24,000 nucleotides of DNA from Kiloniella sp. EL199 (GCF_900313065.1 NZ_OMPU01000013.1:569481-593480); one strand, 5' to 3'; positions 1-6,950 are shown, counted from the first letter of the stretch. Numbers and translations: made by a program. Notes: a model not told the origin generated them from the sequence alone.

Positions 1-840
1 GGCAATACGCCTGATCGCTTCCAAAAGCTCTTTGAGGCTGCAGCCAAAGAGCTCAAAACATTACCGGATGATACAAAGTTAGGGGTTGCTCCTCATTCTC
101 TTCGGGCGGTGAGCCAAGATGGGATGCGCTTTGCGACAAACCTTGCACCAACAGCACCCCTTCATATGCATATTGCCGAGCAAACGGCAGAGATTGAGGA
201 AATTCAATCAGCCTGGGGTAAGCGTCCCGTAGAATGGTTGTTGGAAAATCATTTTGTGGATGAACGCTGGTGCTTAATACACTGCACGCATATGGAACCA
301 CACGAAACAGAAGGTTTGGCTGGAACAAATGCTGTTGCTGGTTTGTGCCCGATTACTGAATCAAGTCTGGGTGACGGTATTTTTGATGGCGTTCGTTATG
401 TCAATGCTGGTGGACGTTTGGGTGTCGGTTCTGATTCCAATATTCGTATCTCACTCTCGGAAGAACTCCGGACATTGGAATACTCACAACGACTGCGTGA
501 TCGGGGCCGGGCTGTGTTCGCGACGAAAGGAAAATCAACAGGACGAGTCCTGATGGATGCTGTCGTTGCGGGGGGAGCTCAAGCCGGACAGCGCGAAGCT
601 GGTGCTATTGCTGTCGGGCAGCAAGCCGACCTCTTTGCGTTGGATACGGAGGCCGTTGACCTGTTGGGTAAAAAAGGTGACGAGATTCTGGATAGCTATA
701 TCTTTGCTGGCGATGACAAAATGATTACCGACGTCTGGTCTGCTGGCCGTCATCTGGTAAAAGAGGGACATCATATCAAGCGGGATACAATTGTAACCCG
801 ATATAAAAATACAATGATGTCATTAAAGGACAGGATTTGA
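1..840 (+). CDS. hutF: Formimidoylglutamate deiminase (amidohydrolase superfamily); N-terminus lies upstream of the window
   Basis: Frame 1 is open from nt 1 (GNTPDRFQKLFEAAAKELKTLPDDTKLGVAPHSLRAV...) and runs into the listed 109..840 ORF. Amidohydrolase-type motifs are present: APHSLRA, HMHIAEQ, CLIHCTH, GSDSN. A HutC-type repressor follows directly. Confidence 0.8.
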   Translation, partial: GNTPDRFQKLFEAAAKELKTLPDDTKLGVAPHSLRAVSQDGMRFATNLAPTAPLHMHIAEQTAEIEEIQSAWGKRPVEWLLENHFVDERWCLIHCTHMEPHETEGLAGTNAVAGLCPITESSLGDGIFDGVRYVNAGGRLGVGSDSNIRISLSEELRTLEYSQRLRDRGRAVFATKGKSTGRVLMDAVVAGGAQAGQREAGAIAVGQQADLFALDTEAVDLLGKKGDEILDSYIFAGDDKMITDVWSAGRHLVKEGHHIKRDTIVTRYKNTMMSLKDRI

Positions 841-1538
841 CCACAACAGAGATCAATAGCTGGCAAAGTGTAAAAGCCGAAGTTATGCGCCGGATTGTCG
901 AACGGATCTGGTTGCCCGGCGATATGATTCCCAATGAAATTGATCTTGCCGAAGAGTTTGGCTGTGCACGTGCGACGGTAAATCGGGCGATGCGGGCTCT
1001 GGCTGAAGAAGGTCTGTTAGAGCGTCGCCGCAAAGCGGGGACTCGTGTGGCATTGAACCCAATTCGAAAGGCAACACTGGAAATCCCGATCACCAGACTG
1101 GAAATTGAACAACGGGGATGGAGCTGGCGTCACAATGTTCTGGAAAGGTCTGAGTCATTACCCCCGGTAAGTGTAGCTAGTCGCTTGGGTCTTTCAGACA
1201 AAATAGAAATGTTACACGTCCGTAGTCTGCATTATGCAGATACCCATCCCTTCCTCTATGAAGATCGTTGGGTGAATCTGTCTGAAGTTGCAGCTATTCG
1301 TGATGTGAACTTGCAAGCGATTGATGCAAACGAATGGCTGGTCCAGAACACGCCGTTAACAAAGGGCGATATTTCTTTCTCGGCGGCGAATGCGACCAAG
1401 CAAGAAGCCGAGTTGTTACAAACAAGCGAAGGGGAAGCTATTTTTGTGATAGACCGCACCACATGGAATGGTGATGTTCCGGTAACAATTGTTCGCTTGG
1501 CCTATGCACCTGGCTATCGCATGCACACTGAAATTTGA
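837..1538 (+). CDS. hutC: GntR-family transcriptional regulator, HutC subfamily (wHTH plus UTRA-like effector domain); likely histidine-utilization repressor
   Basis: The wHTH segment is IPNEIDLAEEFGCARATVNRAMRALAEEGLLERRRKAGTRV, followed by a C-terminal UTRA-like region. The TTG start at 837 overlaps the hutF TGA (TTTGA), with AAGGA/AGGA just upstream. The next ATG (885) would cut into the wHTH. Confidence 0.8.
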   Translation: MTTTEINSWQSVKAEVMRRIVERIWLPGDMIPNEIDLAEEFGCARATVNRAMRALAEEGLLERRRKAGTRVALNPIRKATLEIPITRLEIEQRGWSWRHNVLERSESLPPVSVASRLGLSDKIEMLHVRSLHYADTHPFLYEDRWVNLSEVAAIRDVNLQAIDANEWLVQNTPLTKGDISFSAANATKQEAELLQTSEGEAIFVIDRTTWNGDVPVTIVRLAYAPGYRMHTEI

Positions 1539-1563
1539 GCGATTTATAGCCGAGTAATTTTCT

Positions 1564-1582
1564 GTGACATTCTGTCACTTTG
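1564..1582 (+). terminator. Weak hairpin plus T-rich tail downstream of hutC (possible terminator or operator)
   Basis: GTGACA-ttc-TGTCAC (1564-1578) is a perfect 6-bp inverted repeat followed by TTTgTcgTTT, 26 nt after the hutC stop. The stem is short. Confidence 0.35.
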
Positions 1583-1648
1583 TCGTTTGCTGATCGCGTT
1601 CTTATTTTAGCGAGTGTTATATATCTGACTAAAATACTGCGAGAATAG

Positions 1649-1966
1649 ATGATTGATACAACAGCGCAAAATTTGTCTTCTTCAATAACTGACAAGCAGT
1701 TATCAGATGAACCCAAAATCTTTCGGTTGATTTATGCTGTGCCGTTTATTGGTTCATTTTTCAAAGAGTTACTGGATCCCAATTCGGACGCGACGTTGTA
1801 TTTCTTACTGAATGTAGTGTTGCTGTGGATTTGCAGCGGGGCTTTCTGGGGACTGCAAGGCGTGTTTGCAGTGGCTTTGTGCCTTGTGCCGATAATGTTT
1901 ATCGTCATTCTCAGGATAACGCTTGGAAAAGTGCCTGTTTCTGAAACAGATGCTGAAGAAAATTAA
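1649..1966 (+). CDS. Hypothetical small membrane protein (105 aa, 2-3 predicted TM segments)
   Basis: ORF with hydrophobic stretches (FRLIYAVPFIGSFF; LYFLLNVVLLWICSGAFWGL; VFAVALCLVPIMFIVIL). Only a weak GAGAA Shine-Dalgarno-like element lies upstream. I recognise no family. Confidence 0.4.
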   Translation: MIDTTAQNLSSSITDKQLSDEPKIFRLIYAVPFIGSFFKELLDPNSDATLYFLLNVVLLWICSGAFWGLQGVFAVALCLVPIMFIVILRITLGKVPVSETDAEEN

Positions 1967-2517
1967 CTGCTGGCAATCAGTTCTTCGTTCAGAAGCTCTT
2001 CGATGAAGAAACTCAAAAGTTGGGACCTTCCGGTTACTTTGGCTTTGTTATAGATGGCGTTGCACTGGGCTTTGACAGTTCCTTCGCGTGTTTGGCGCAA
2101 ATTTGCGATATCTGTGAAGGACATTCCCTTGATCAGAAACAGGGCAACGTCTTGTTCGGCAGGCGTTAATTTCCATTCTTCAAAATATTGATCGAGCATG
2201 GTGATAAAAGCCCCGGAGGCGATTTTTATTTGCTCCTCTATTCGGCGTTGACGCTGGAGCATCTGCTGGATTTGCAAAACCGTAAAGGCGATACTGACCG
2301 AGAGTGCAATCACCACAAGCAACTCAATGATATCATGATCAAATCCTGCAAAAATGTCATGAGCAAAGAAAAGATCGCCAATGGCATCGGACAGGAAAAA
2401 GAGCGTGCAGATAATTTGTATGATTAACAATCCCCATAATGTTTCGGCTCTTTCATGAAAGGGCTGTGATGTATTATGGAGATTGTCATTCATCAGTTTG
2501 CTCTTGTCTGTTTTCAT
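1963..2517 (-). CDS. Membrane-anchored LuxR/FixJ-type HTH transcriptional regulator (no receiver or autoinducer domain)
   Basis: The C-terminal LuxR-type HTH reads LTPAEQDVALFLIKGMSFTDIANLRQTREGTVKAQCNAIYNKAKVTGRSQL. Two N-terminal hydrophobic helices are present (LWGLLIIQIICTLFFL; IIELLVVIALSVSIAFTVL), then a charged linker QRQRRIEEQIK. Confidence 0.8.
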   Translation of the reverse strand: MKTDKSKLMNDNLHNTSQPFHERAETLWGLLIIQIICTLFFLSDAIGDLFFAHDIFAGFDHDIIELLVVIALSVSIAFTVLQIQQMLQRQRRIEEQIKIASGAFITMLDQYFEEWKLTPAEQDVALFLIKGMSFTDIANLRQTREGTVKAQCNAIYNKAKVTGRSQLLSFFIEELLNEELIASS

Positions 2518-2525
2518 CGTGCCCT

Positions 2526-2554
2526 GTGTATTGGCTTTGGGGTGTATTGGCTTT
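2526..2554. repeat. Perfect 13-bp tandem direct repeat GTGTATTGGCTTT x2 (period 16 bp) filling the cytochrome b / LuxR intercistronic gap
   Basis: Copies lie at 2526-2538 and 2542-2554. Copy 2 abuts the cytochrome b stop codon (2555-2557) and copy 1 ends 8 nt before the LuxR ATG (2517). Confidence 0.9.
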
Positions 2555-3079
2555 TTAGTGTTCGGGTAGGGATTTTTTACCCGTAATCATTGCTTTGACA
2601 ATATTGATTTTAGATCGTTTTGTCTCCCAGGCAACGCCCAACAGGTGAAACGCGACAGAGAGCATGGTATAATTTGCCAGAAACTCATGAATTTCTTCGA
2701 GCCATTTCATTCCCCAGAACATATCTGTTTCAGCAAGAATACCGGTTAAACAGAGTAGTGTAAGTGCCCCTAACAGGTTGAATACCATAAGGGCGCCGAG
2801 CGGGTTATGGCCAAGATGAATGTCTTTTTCCCGAAACACGATACTGCGAAGATGTTCTTTTAAACTTGCTTTGCTTGGTGTGAAACTTGTAAAGCGCGCG
2901 TGATAACTGCCGATAAATCCCCAAACAAAGCGAAGAGCTAACAATACTAGTAAACTATAGCCAAGATAACCATGAAGCGTACTGCCGTCTTCAGTCAGAA
3001 AGAAGTTGGCAAGGAAGAGGATTGCGATACTGCCGTGAAAAAGGCGGATAAACAGATCCCATACTTTTACATCCTGCAT
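2555..3079 (-). CDS. Cytochrome b561 / Ni-Fe-hydrogenase-type b cytochrome family membrane protein
   Basis: N-terminus VKVWDLFIRLFHGSIAILFL is typical of the family. Four hydrophobic segments carry conserved His residues (LFHGS, LHGYLGY, HLGHNP, AFHLLG). A strong GGAGG sits 5 nt upstream of the ATG. Confidence 0.85.
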   Translation of the reverse strand: MQDVKVWDLFIRLFHGSIAILFLANFFLTEDGSTLHGYLGYSLLVLLALRFVWGFIGSYHARFTSFTPSKASLKEHLRSIVFREKDIHLGHNPLGALMVFNLLGALTLLCLTGILAETDMFWGMKWLEEIHEFLANYTMLSVAFHLLGVAWETKRSKINIVKAMITGKKSLPEH

Positions 3080-3113
3080 GAGGCCTCCGGTAATAACTGT
3101 TTCTGATGATAGG

Positions 3114-3146
3114 AAAAAAGAACGGAGAGGCGATGATACCTCTCCG
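3114..3146 (-). terminator. Rho-independent terminator after the PepSY gene
   Basis: On the minus strand: CGGAGAGG-tatcatcg-CCTCTCCG, a perfect 8-bp stem (3123-3130 / 3139-3146), followed by ttcTTTTTT (A-run 3114-3119 on plus). Confidence 0.75.
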
Positions 3147-3170
3147 AGCAGGAGATCGAATGAGAAGAAA

Positions 3171-3440
3171 TTAATCGTCTTCTTCTACTTTGATGATGTT
3201 GCCTGTCTGGGGATTAACATAAATCTCGTAGCGAATGCCGTCTTTTAAAGCATAGGCTTCAAGATATTCATCTTCGACTTCGATTTCCCGTACTTCATAT
3301 CCCTGGGCTTGCAAAAGGCCTGTGATTTCTGTTTCAGATTTTCCGGCATAGGTGCCGTCCAAACTGTGAGCAAAAGCGACCCCGGCGAGCGTGAAGATGC
3401 CGATAGAAGAAAAGAGAATGGTTTGTTTTAACTGTTTCAT
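3171..3440 (-). CDS. Secreted PepSY-domain protein (89 aa)
   Basis: Signal peptide MKQLKQTILFSSIGIFTLAGVAFA is followed by a short domain ending EAYALKDGIRYEIYVNPQTGNIIKVEEDD, typical of small periplasmic PepSY proteins. AAGGA lies 7 nt upstream of the ATG. Confidence 0.7.
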   Translation of the reverse strand: MKQLKQTILFSSIGIFTLAGVAFAHSLDGTYAGKSETEITGLLQAQGYEVREIEVEDEYLEAYALKDGIRYEIYVNPQTGNIIKVEEDD

Positions 3441-3542
3441 GTTCTTGTCCTTTGGTTTTGTGTTCGTGATGAACAGAACCTGGGGAAGAACAGAGGATAA
3501 ATCTATTGAACTTTGGCTTATATAGGAGTCTCTATATCAAAA

Positions 3543-3569
3543 GTTTATGCCCGGTTTATAAGGGTTTAT
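3543..3569. promoter_or_regulatory. Three helically phased direct repeats GTTTAT (candidate regulator binding site upstream of the PepSY gene)
   Basis: GTTTAT occurs at 3543-3548, 3554-3559 and 3564-3569, with spacings of 11 and 10 bp, about 103-129 bp upstream of the PepSY start codon. Confidence 0.3.
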
Positions 3570-3664
3570 TTGTCGCGCTTGGTTGATTATGATCTTTAAT
3601 GGCGTGTGATTTCATCACAGAAAACTAGCAGTAAGCGCGAGGAGTGTATATCAAAACACGGTGT

Positions 3665-3700
3665 CCCTTTCTTGCGATGTAAAACAGGAAAGGGATTTTT
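3665..3700 (+). terminator. Intrinsic-terminator-like hairpin with T5 tail, better formed on the plus strand
   Basis: CCCTTTCTTG (3665-3674) pairs with CAGGAAAGGG (3685-3694): 10 bp with one G.U on the plus-strand RNA and a 10-nt loop, followed by aTTTTT (3696-3700). On the minus strand the wobble becomes a C/A mismatch and the U-run is 9 nt away. Confidence 0.55.
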
Positions 3701-3722
3701 GGGGTGAGATCGACGTGTCTAT

Positions 3723-4949
3723 TTATAGAACCTGATCAAGCGCCTTGAGTAATTTCTGGATGTCGTTGGGGCTGGTGTAATGAACAAAAGAAACACGCAG
3801 GGCACCCGCTTCAGGGTCCAGGTTCATTCCTTCAAAAAGTCGATAGGAATAAAAATGTCCGCCAGCAGCCATAATGCCGTGTTGTGATAAATTTTCTGCC
3901 ACAGATCGACCGTCTTGCTTGGTTATAATGGAAATGGTTGGGGCTCTGCCTTCTGGTTTGTCCGGGCCAAGAAGACGTAAATCATTCCGACTTCTGATAT
4001 ATTCAAGTAAGGGAGCCATCAAGGCTTGTTCCTGTGCCTGCAAAAGATCGTGCACATCCTGACCTCGTTTTACTGGGCTTGTTTGTTTGTCGAAGTGATG
4101 AGCGTGCACGGCATCAAAGTATTCCGTAATTCCACTGGATGCTGCAACCTGAGCATGATCTGGCCCGGCGGGCACAAATCGTTTGTGGGCAAGGTCCTTG
4201 TTAAAGAAATGCCCTTGATAGGCCAACATATCTCTTGTTTCTTGACGAATGACCATTAAACCCTGATGCGGGCCGTATGTTTTATAGAGTGAGAAAAGAT
4301 AGACGTCTGCCCCAAGGGCCGATACATCGGGGAAGCCGTGTCCGGCATAAGACACACCATCGACAACAACCTTTGCGCCAATTGCATGTGCGCGTGCAGA
4401 AATTTCGGCAACGGGATTCACATGGGCAATGATATTTGAACAATGGGGAAAGGTGACGAGACGGGTTTTGTCATTTAGTAAATTGTCGAGATCGGAAAGA
4501 TCCAGATATCCGGTTTCCGGATTAACACGCCATTCTCTGATGGTTATTCCACGATCGGATAATCTGCGCCAGACGCCAGAATTTGCTTCGTGATCCTGAT
4601 TGGTGACGATGATTTCATCACCTTGCTGCATCGTGGCGCGAAAAGCCTGTGCCAGTACATAGGTATTCTGGCTTGTGGATGGCCCCAGATCAATTTCAGC
4701 TTCTGACACGTTAAGATAGGCGGCAAGATTGATAAGAGCCTGATCCATTTCCTGACCGGCGGTTTCTGATGCCGGAAAGGGGTGATAGGGCTGTAATTTT
4801 GTTTTCCGGTAATAGCTGTTCAAGCGGTCAATGACTTGATGGCAAGCATAGGACCCACCTGCATTTTCAAAAAACGACCAATCCTGAAGAGAAGGTTCCT
4901 TGAAAGCAGGAAACTGGGCGCGAACAAAGTCTAAATCTAGTGTGGTCAT
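3723..4949 (-). CDS. Class-V aminotransferase fold PLP enzyme, cysteine-desulfurase-like (uncharacterised subfamily)
   Basis: 408 aa. N-terminus reads FVRAQFPAF...FFENAGGS. The PLP-lysine context is FSLYKTYGPHQG. Overall layout resembles SufS/CsdA-like enzymes. Confidence 0.8.
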   Translation of the reverse strand: MTTLDLDFVRAQFPAFKEPSLQDWSFFENAGGSYACHQVIDRLNSYYRKTKLQPYHPFPASETAGQEMDQALINLAAYLNVSEAEIDLGPSTSQNTYVLAQAFRATMQQGDEIIVTNQDHEANSGVWRRLSDRGITIREWRVNPETGYLDLSDLDNLLNDKTRLVTFPHCSNIIAHVNPVAEISARAHAIGAKVVVDGVSYAGHGFPDVSALGADVYLFSLYKTYGPHQGLMVIRQETRDMLAYQGHFFNKDLAHKRFVPAGPDHAQVAASSGITEYFDAVHAHHFDKQTSPVKRGQDVHDLLQAQEQALMAPLLEYIRSRNDLRLLGPDKPEGRAPTISIITKQDGRSVAENLSQHGIMAAGGHFYSYRLFEGMNLDPEAGALRVSFVHYTSPNDIQKLLKALDQVL

Positions 4950-5227
4950 GGACGTCTCTTCTCTCTCGTTTAGTAGCTGCTAAAACCTGAACAATTTCAA
5001 ACGTACTGGATTATCCCTGAATTTAAGAAATACGGCTGCCGAATGATAGCTTGCTATCTGGGATGGAAATAAAATTGATTTTGTGTTTCTGATTCATATG
5101 TAACCGCGTTTATGGATCTGTGGTCAAGAACCACTTTTGGGTGCAACCAATTTTTAACAATTTGTTGTTTATCCTTAATGATTAAGGCTGAAAAACAAGC
5201 CACGACAATATTTTCGAGGTCAACAGT

Positions 5228-6916
5228 ATGGGGAACAAGAAGGGTGCTCAGGCAGTGAGTTCTGCAGAGCACGCCAGCCCGCTTTATTTACCAAATCAAG
5301 CTGTTGCCTTTTTTGATAAAGATCGCAGGTTGATCGGGTGTGATGACGGCTTCCGGAAGCTTTTAGGTGTAAACAAAAGCCTTGTTGAGCCGAATGCCTG
5401 TTTGAATGATATTCTTCTAAAATGTATTGGCAGCGATATACGGGTTCCAGAAAAAGGGGCAGAAGTCGAAATTCTGGATGAATGGCTTCATTTTATGGAA
5501 ATCGGGCAACCTGTCGTATTTCAAAAATCAAGCCTGAAACTGATCCAACTCAGACTGAACTTTTTGAACAATGGCGGTGTATCCTTACTGGTCAGCGATG
5601 CATCTTCGTCGATGGTGGGGGATGTGATTGCAATCGCTGGACAGTTAAAAACCGTTGTTGAAAACATCACTCAAGGTATTTCCCTTTTTGATCGCAACTG
5701 TAATCTTGTGCTGTGTAATCAACGTTTTCTAGAGCTTATGGATTTTCCTCAGGAACTTGGTCAACCGGGTACCTCTATGGCAAATCTTTTTCGCTATAAT
5801 GCCGAGCGAGGAGAATATGGCCCGGGGAACATTGACCATCAGGTTAATGAACGTATGGAACTGGCGTACAGATTTGAGCCACACCATCTGGAACGTACGC
5901 GGACTGACGGGACGGTTGTCGAAGTTTGTGGAAACCCGCTTCAGGACGGATTTGTCACGACATACAATGATATCACCGTCCAAAAGAAAATTGCCGAAGC
6001 CTTGGAAGAGTCCAATCTCAGTCTTGAACGACGCGTGAAATTACGAACAGCAGAGCTACAGGCAGAATTGCAGACACGTATCAATACGGAAGAGCAGTTG
6101 CGTAATGCTATGAGTAAAGAACAGTTGGCAAGCCGGAGTAAAAATGAATTTCTGGCGAACATGAGCCACGAGCTGCGTACACCACTTAACTGTATTATCG
6201 GTTTTTCCGAACTTCTTAAAAATGAATCCTTTGGTCCTTTGGGACAGGAAAGATACAAAGACTATTGCGCTGATATCAACAACGCCGGAGTACATTTGTT
6301 AGAAGTTTTGAATGATATTCTGGATGTTTCCAAGCTTGAAACAGGGGATATGGGGCTTCTGGAAACAGAAGTTGATCTGTCAGCGATCATCGAATCATCT
6401 GTGACGATGTTAAGTAACAGAGCAGATAGTCAAAACATCTCACTTGTCACCGAGATACCGAATGATCTGCCATACCTTTACGCTGATGCACGACGTGTTA
6501 AGCAGGTCTTGATTAACTTGCTGTCGAATGCGGTCAAGTTTTCCATTGACGAAGGCGAGGTCATTATTACGGCCTCTGTAGGTAAGAAAGGTAATATTAG
6601 TTTGACTGTTGCCGATAAGGGCATCGGGATTAGTGATGAAGATCTGGCCAAGGTTGTGGACCCTTTCCATCAGGTTAGTGAAGCTTTGACACGAAATCAT
6701 GAGGGAACAGGCTTGGGGCTTCATATCGTGAATTCTCTTGTTGAGTTACACGGCGGACAGGTTGTCATTGAAAGTGAGCTCGGTGTTGGAACGAGTGTTT
6801 GTGTCTCTTTCCCTCGAGAGAGAAGTCTGGACCGATTATCAGTTACATCTTCGGTTCAGGAACATAAAGCCAATCAGGATTTAGAGGTCAATTCGGATAA
6901 CCGACCTCTGCATTGA
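5228..6916 (+). CDS. PAS-domain sensor histidine kinase (cytoplasmic, PAS-PAS-HisKA-HATPase)
   Basis: H-box SHELRTPLN, N-box LINLLSNAVKF, G-boxes DKGIGI and GTGLGL. Two PAS-like segments sit upstream (AFFDKDRRLIGCDDGFRKLLG; ISLFDRNCNLVLCNQRFLELM...TYNDIT). GAGG lies 8 nt before the ATG. Confidence 0.9.
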   Translation: MGNKKGAQAVSSAEHASPLYLPNQAVAFFDKDRRLIGCDDGFRKLLGVNKSLVEPNACLNDILLKCIGSDIRVPEKGAEVEILDEWLHFMEIGQPVVFQKSSLKLIQLRLNFLNNGGVSLLVSDASSSMVGDVIAIAGQLKTVVENITQGISLFDRNCNLVLCNQRFLELMDFPQELGQPGTSMANLFRYNAERGEYGPGNIDHQVNERMELAYRFEPHHLERTRTDGTVVEVCGNPLQDGFVTTYNDITVQKKIAEALEESNLSLERRVKLRTAELQAELQTRINTEEQLRNAMSKEQLASRSKNEFLANMSHELRTPLNCIIGFSELLKNESFGPLGQERYKDYCADINNAGVHLLEVLNDILDVSKLETGDMGLLETEVDLSAIIESSVTMLSNRADSQNISLVTEIPNDLPYLYADARRVKQVLINLLSNAVKFSIDEGEVIITASVGKKGNISLTVADKGIGISDEDLAKVVDPFHQVSEALTRNHEGTGLGLHIVNSLVELHGGQVVIESELGVGTSVCVSFPRERSLDRLSVTSSVQEHKANQDLEVNSDNRPLH

Positions 6917-6950
6917 TCGTTTGTAAGTCTGACGTTTGTAAATGTGGCTC

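Noticed and set aside
3520-3537. ATATAG-N6-CTATAT inverted repeat considered as a sigma-70 promoter (TTGATA / TATATA on the minus strand) for the PepSY gene.
   Set aside because: The candidate -35 and -10 hexamers are only 10-12 bp apart, so no credible promoter can be assigned by eye. It is mentioned only as context for the phased GTTTAT repeats.
3605-3619. TGTGAT-ttc-ATCACA (and GTGACA-ttc-TGTCAC at 1564-1578) as CRP/FNR-family sites.
   Set aside because: The spacing between the TGTGA and TCACA half-sites is 5 nt (respectively 7 nt), not the canonical 6. They are better explained as small hairpins and are discussed as such.
5120-5138. GTGGT-caaga-ACCAC followed by TTTT in the divergent promoter region, considered as a plus-strand terminator.
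   Set aside because: The stem is only 5 bp, there is no upstream plus-strand gene, and the structure is too weak.
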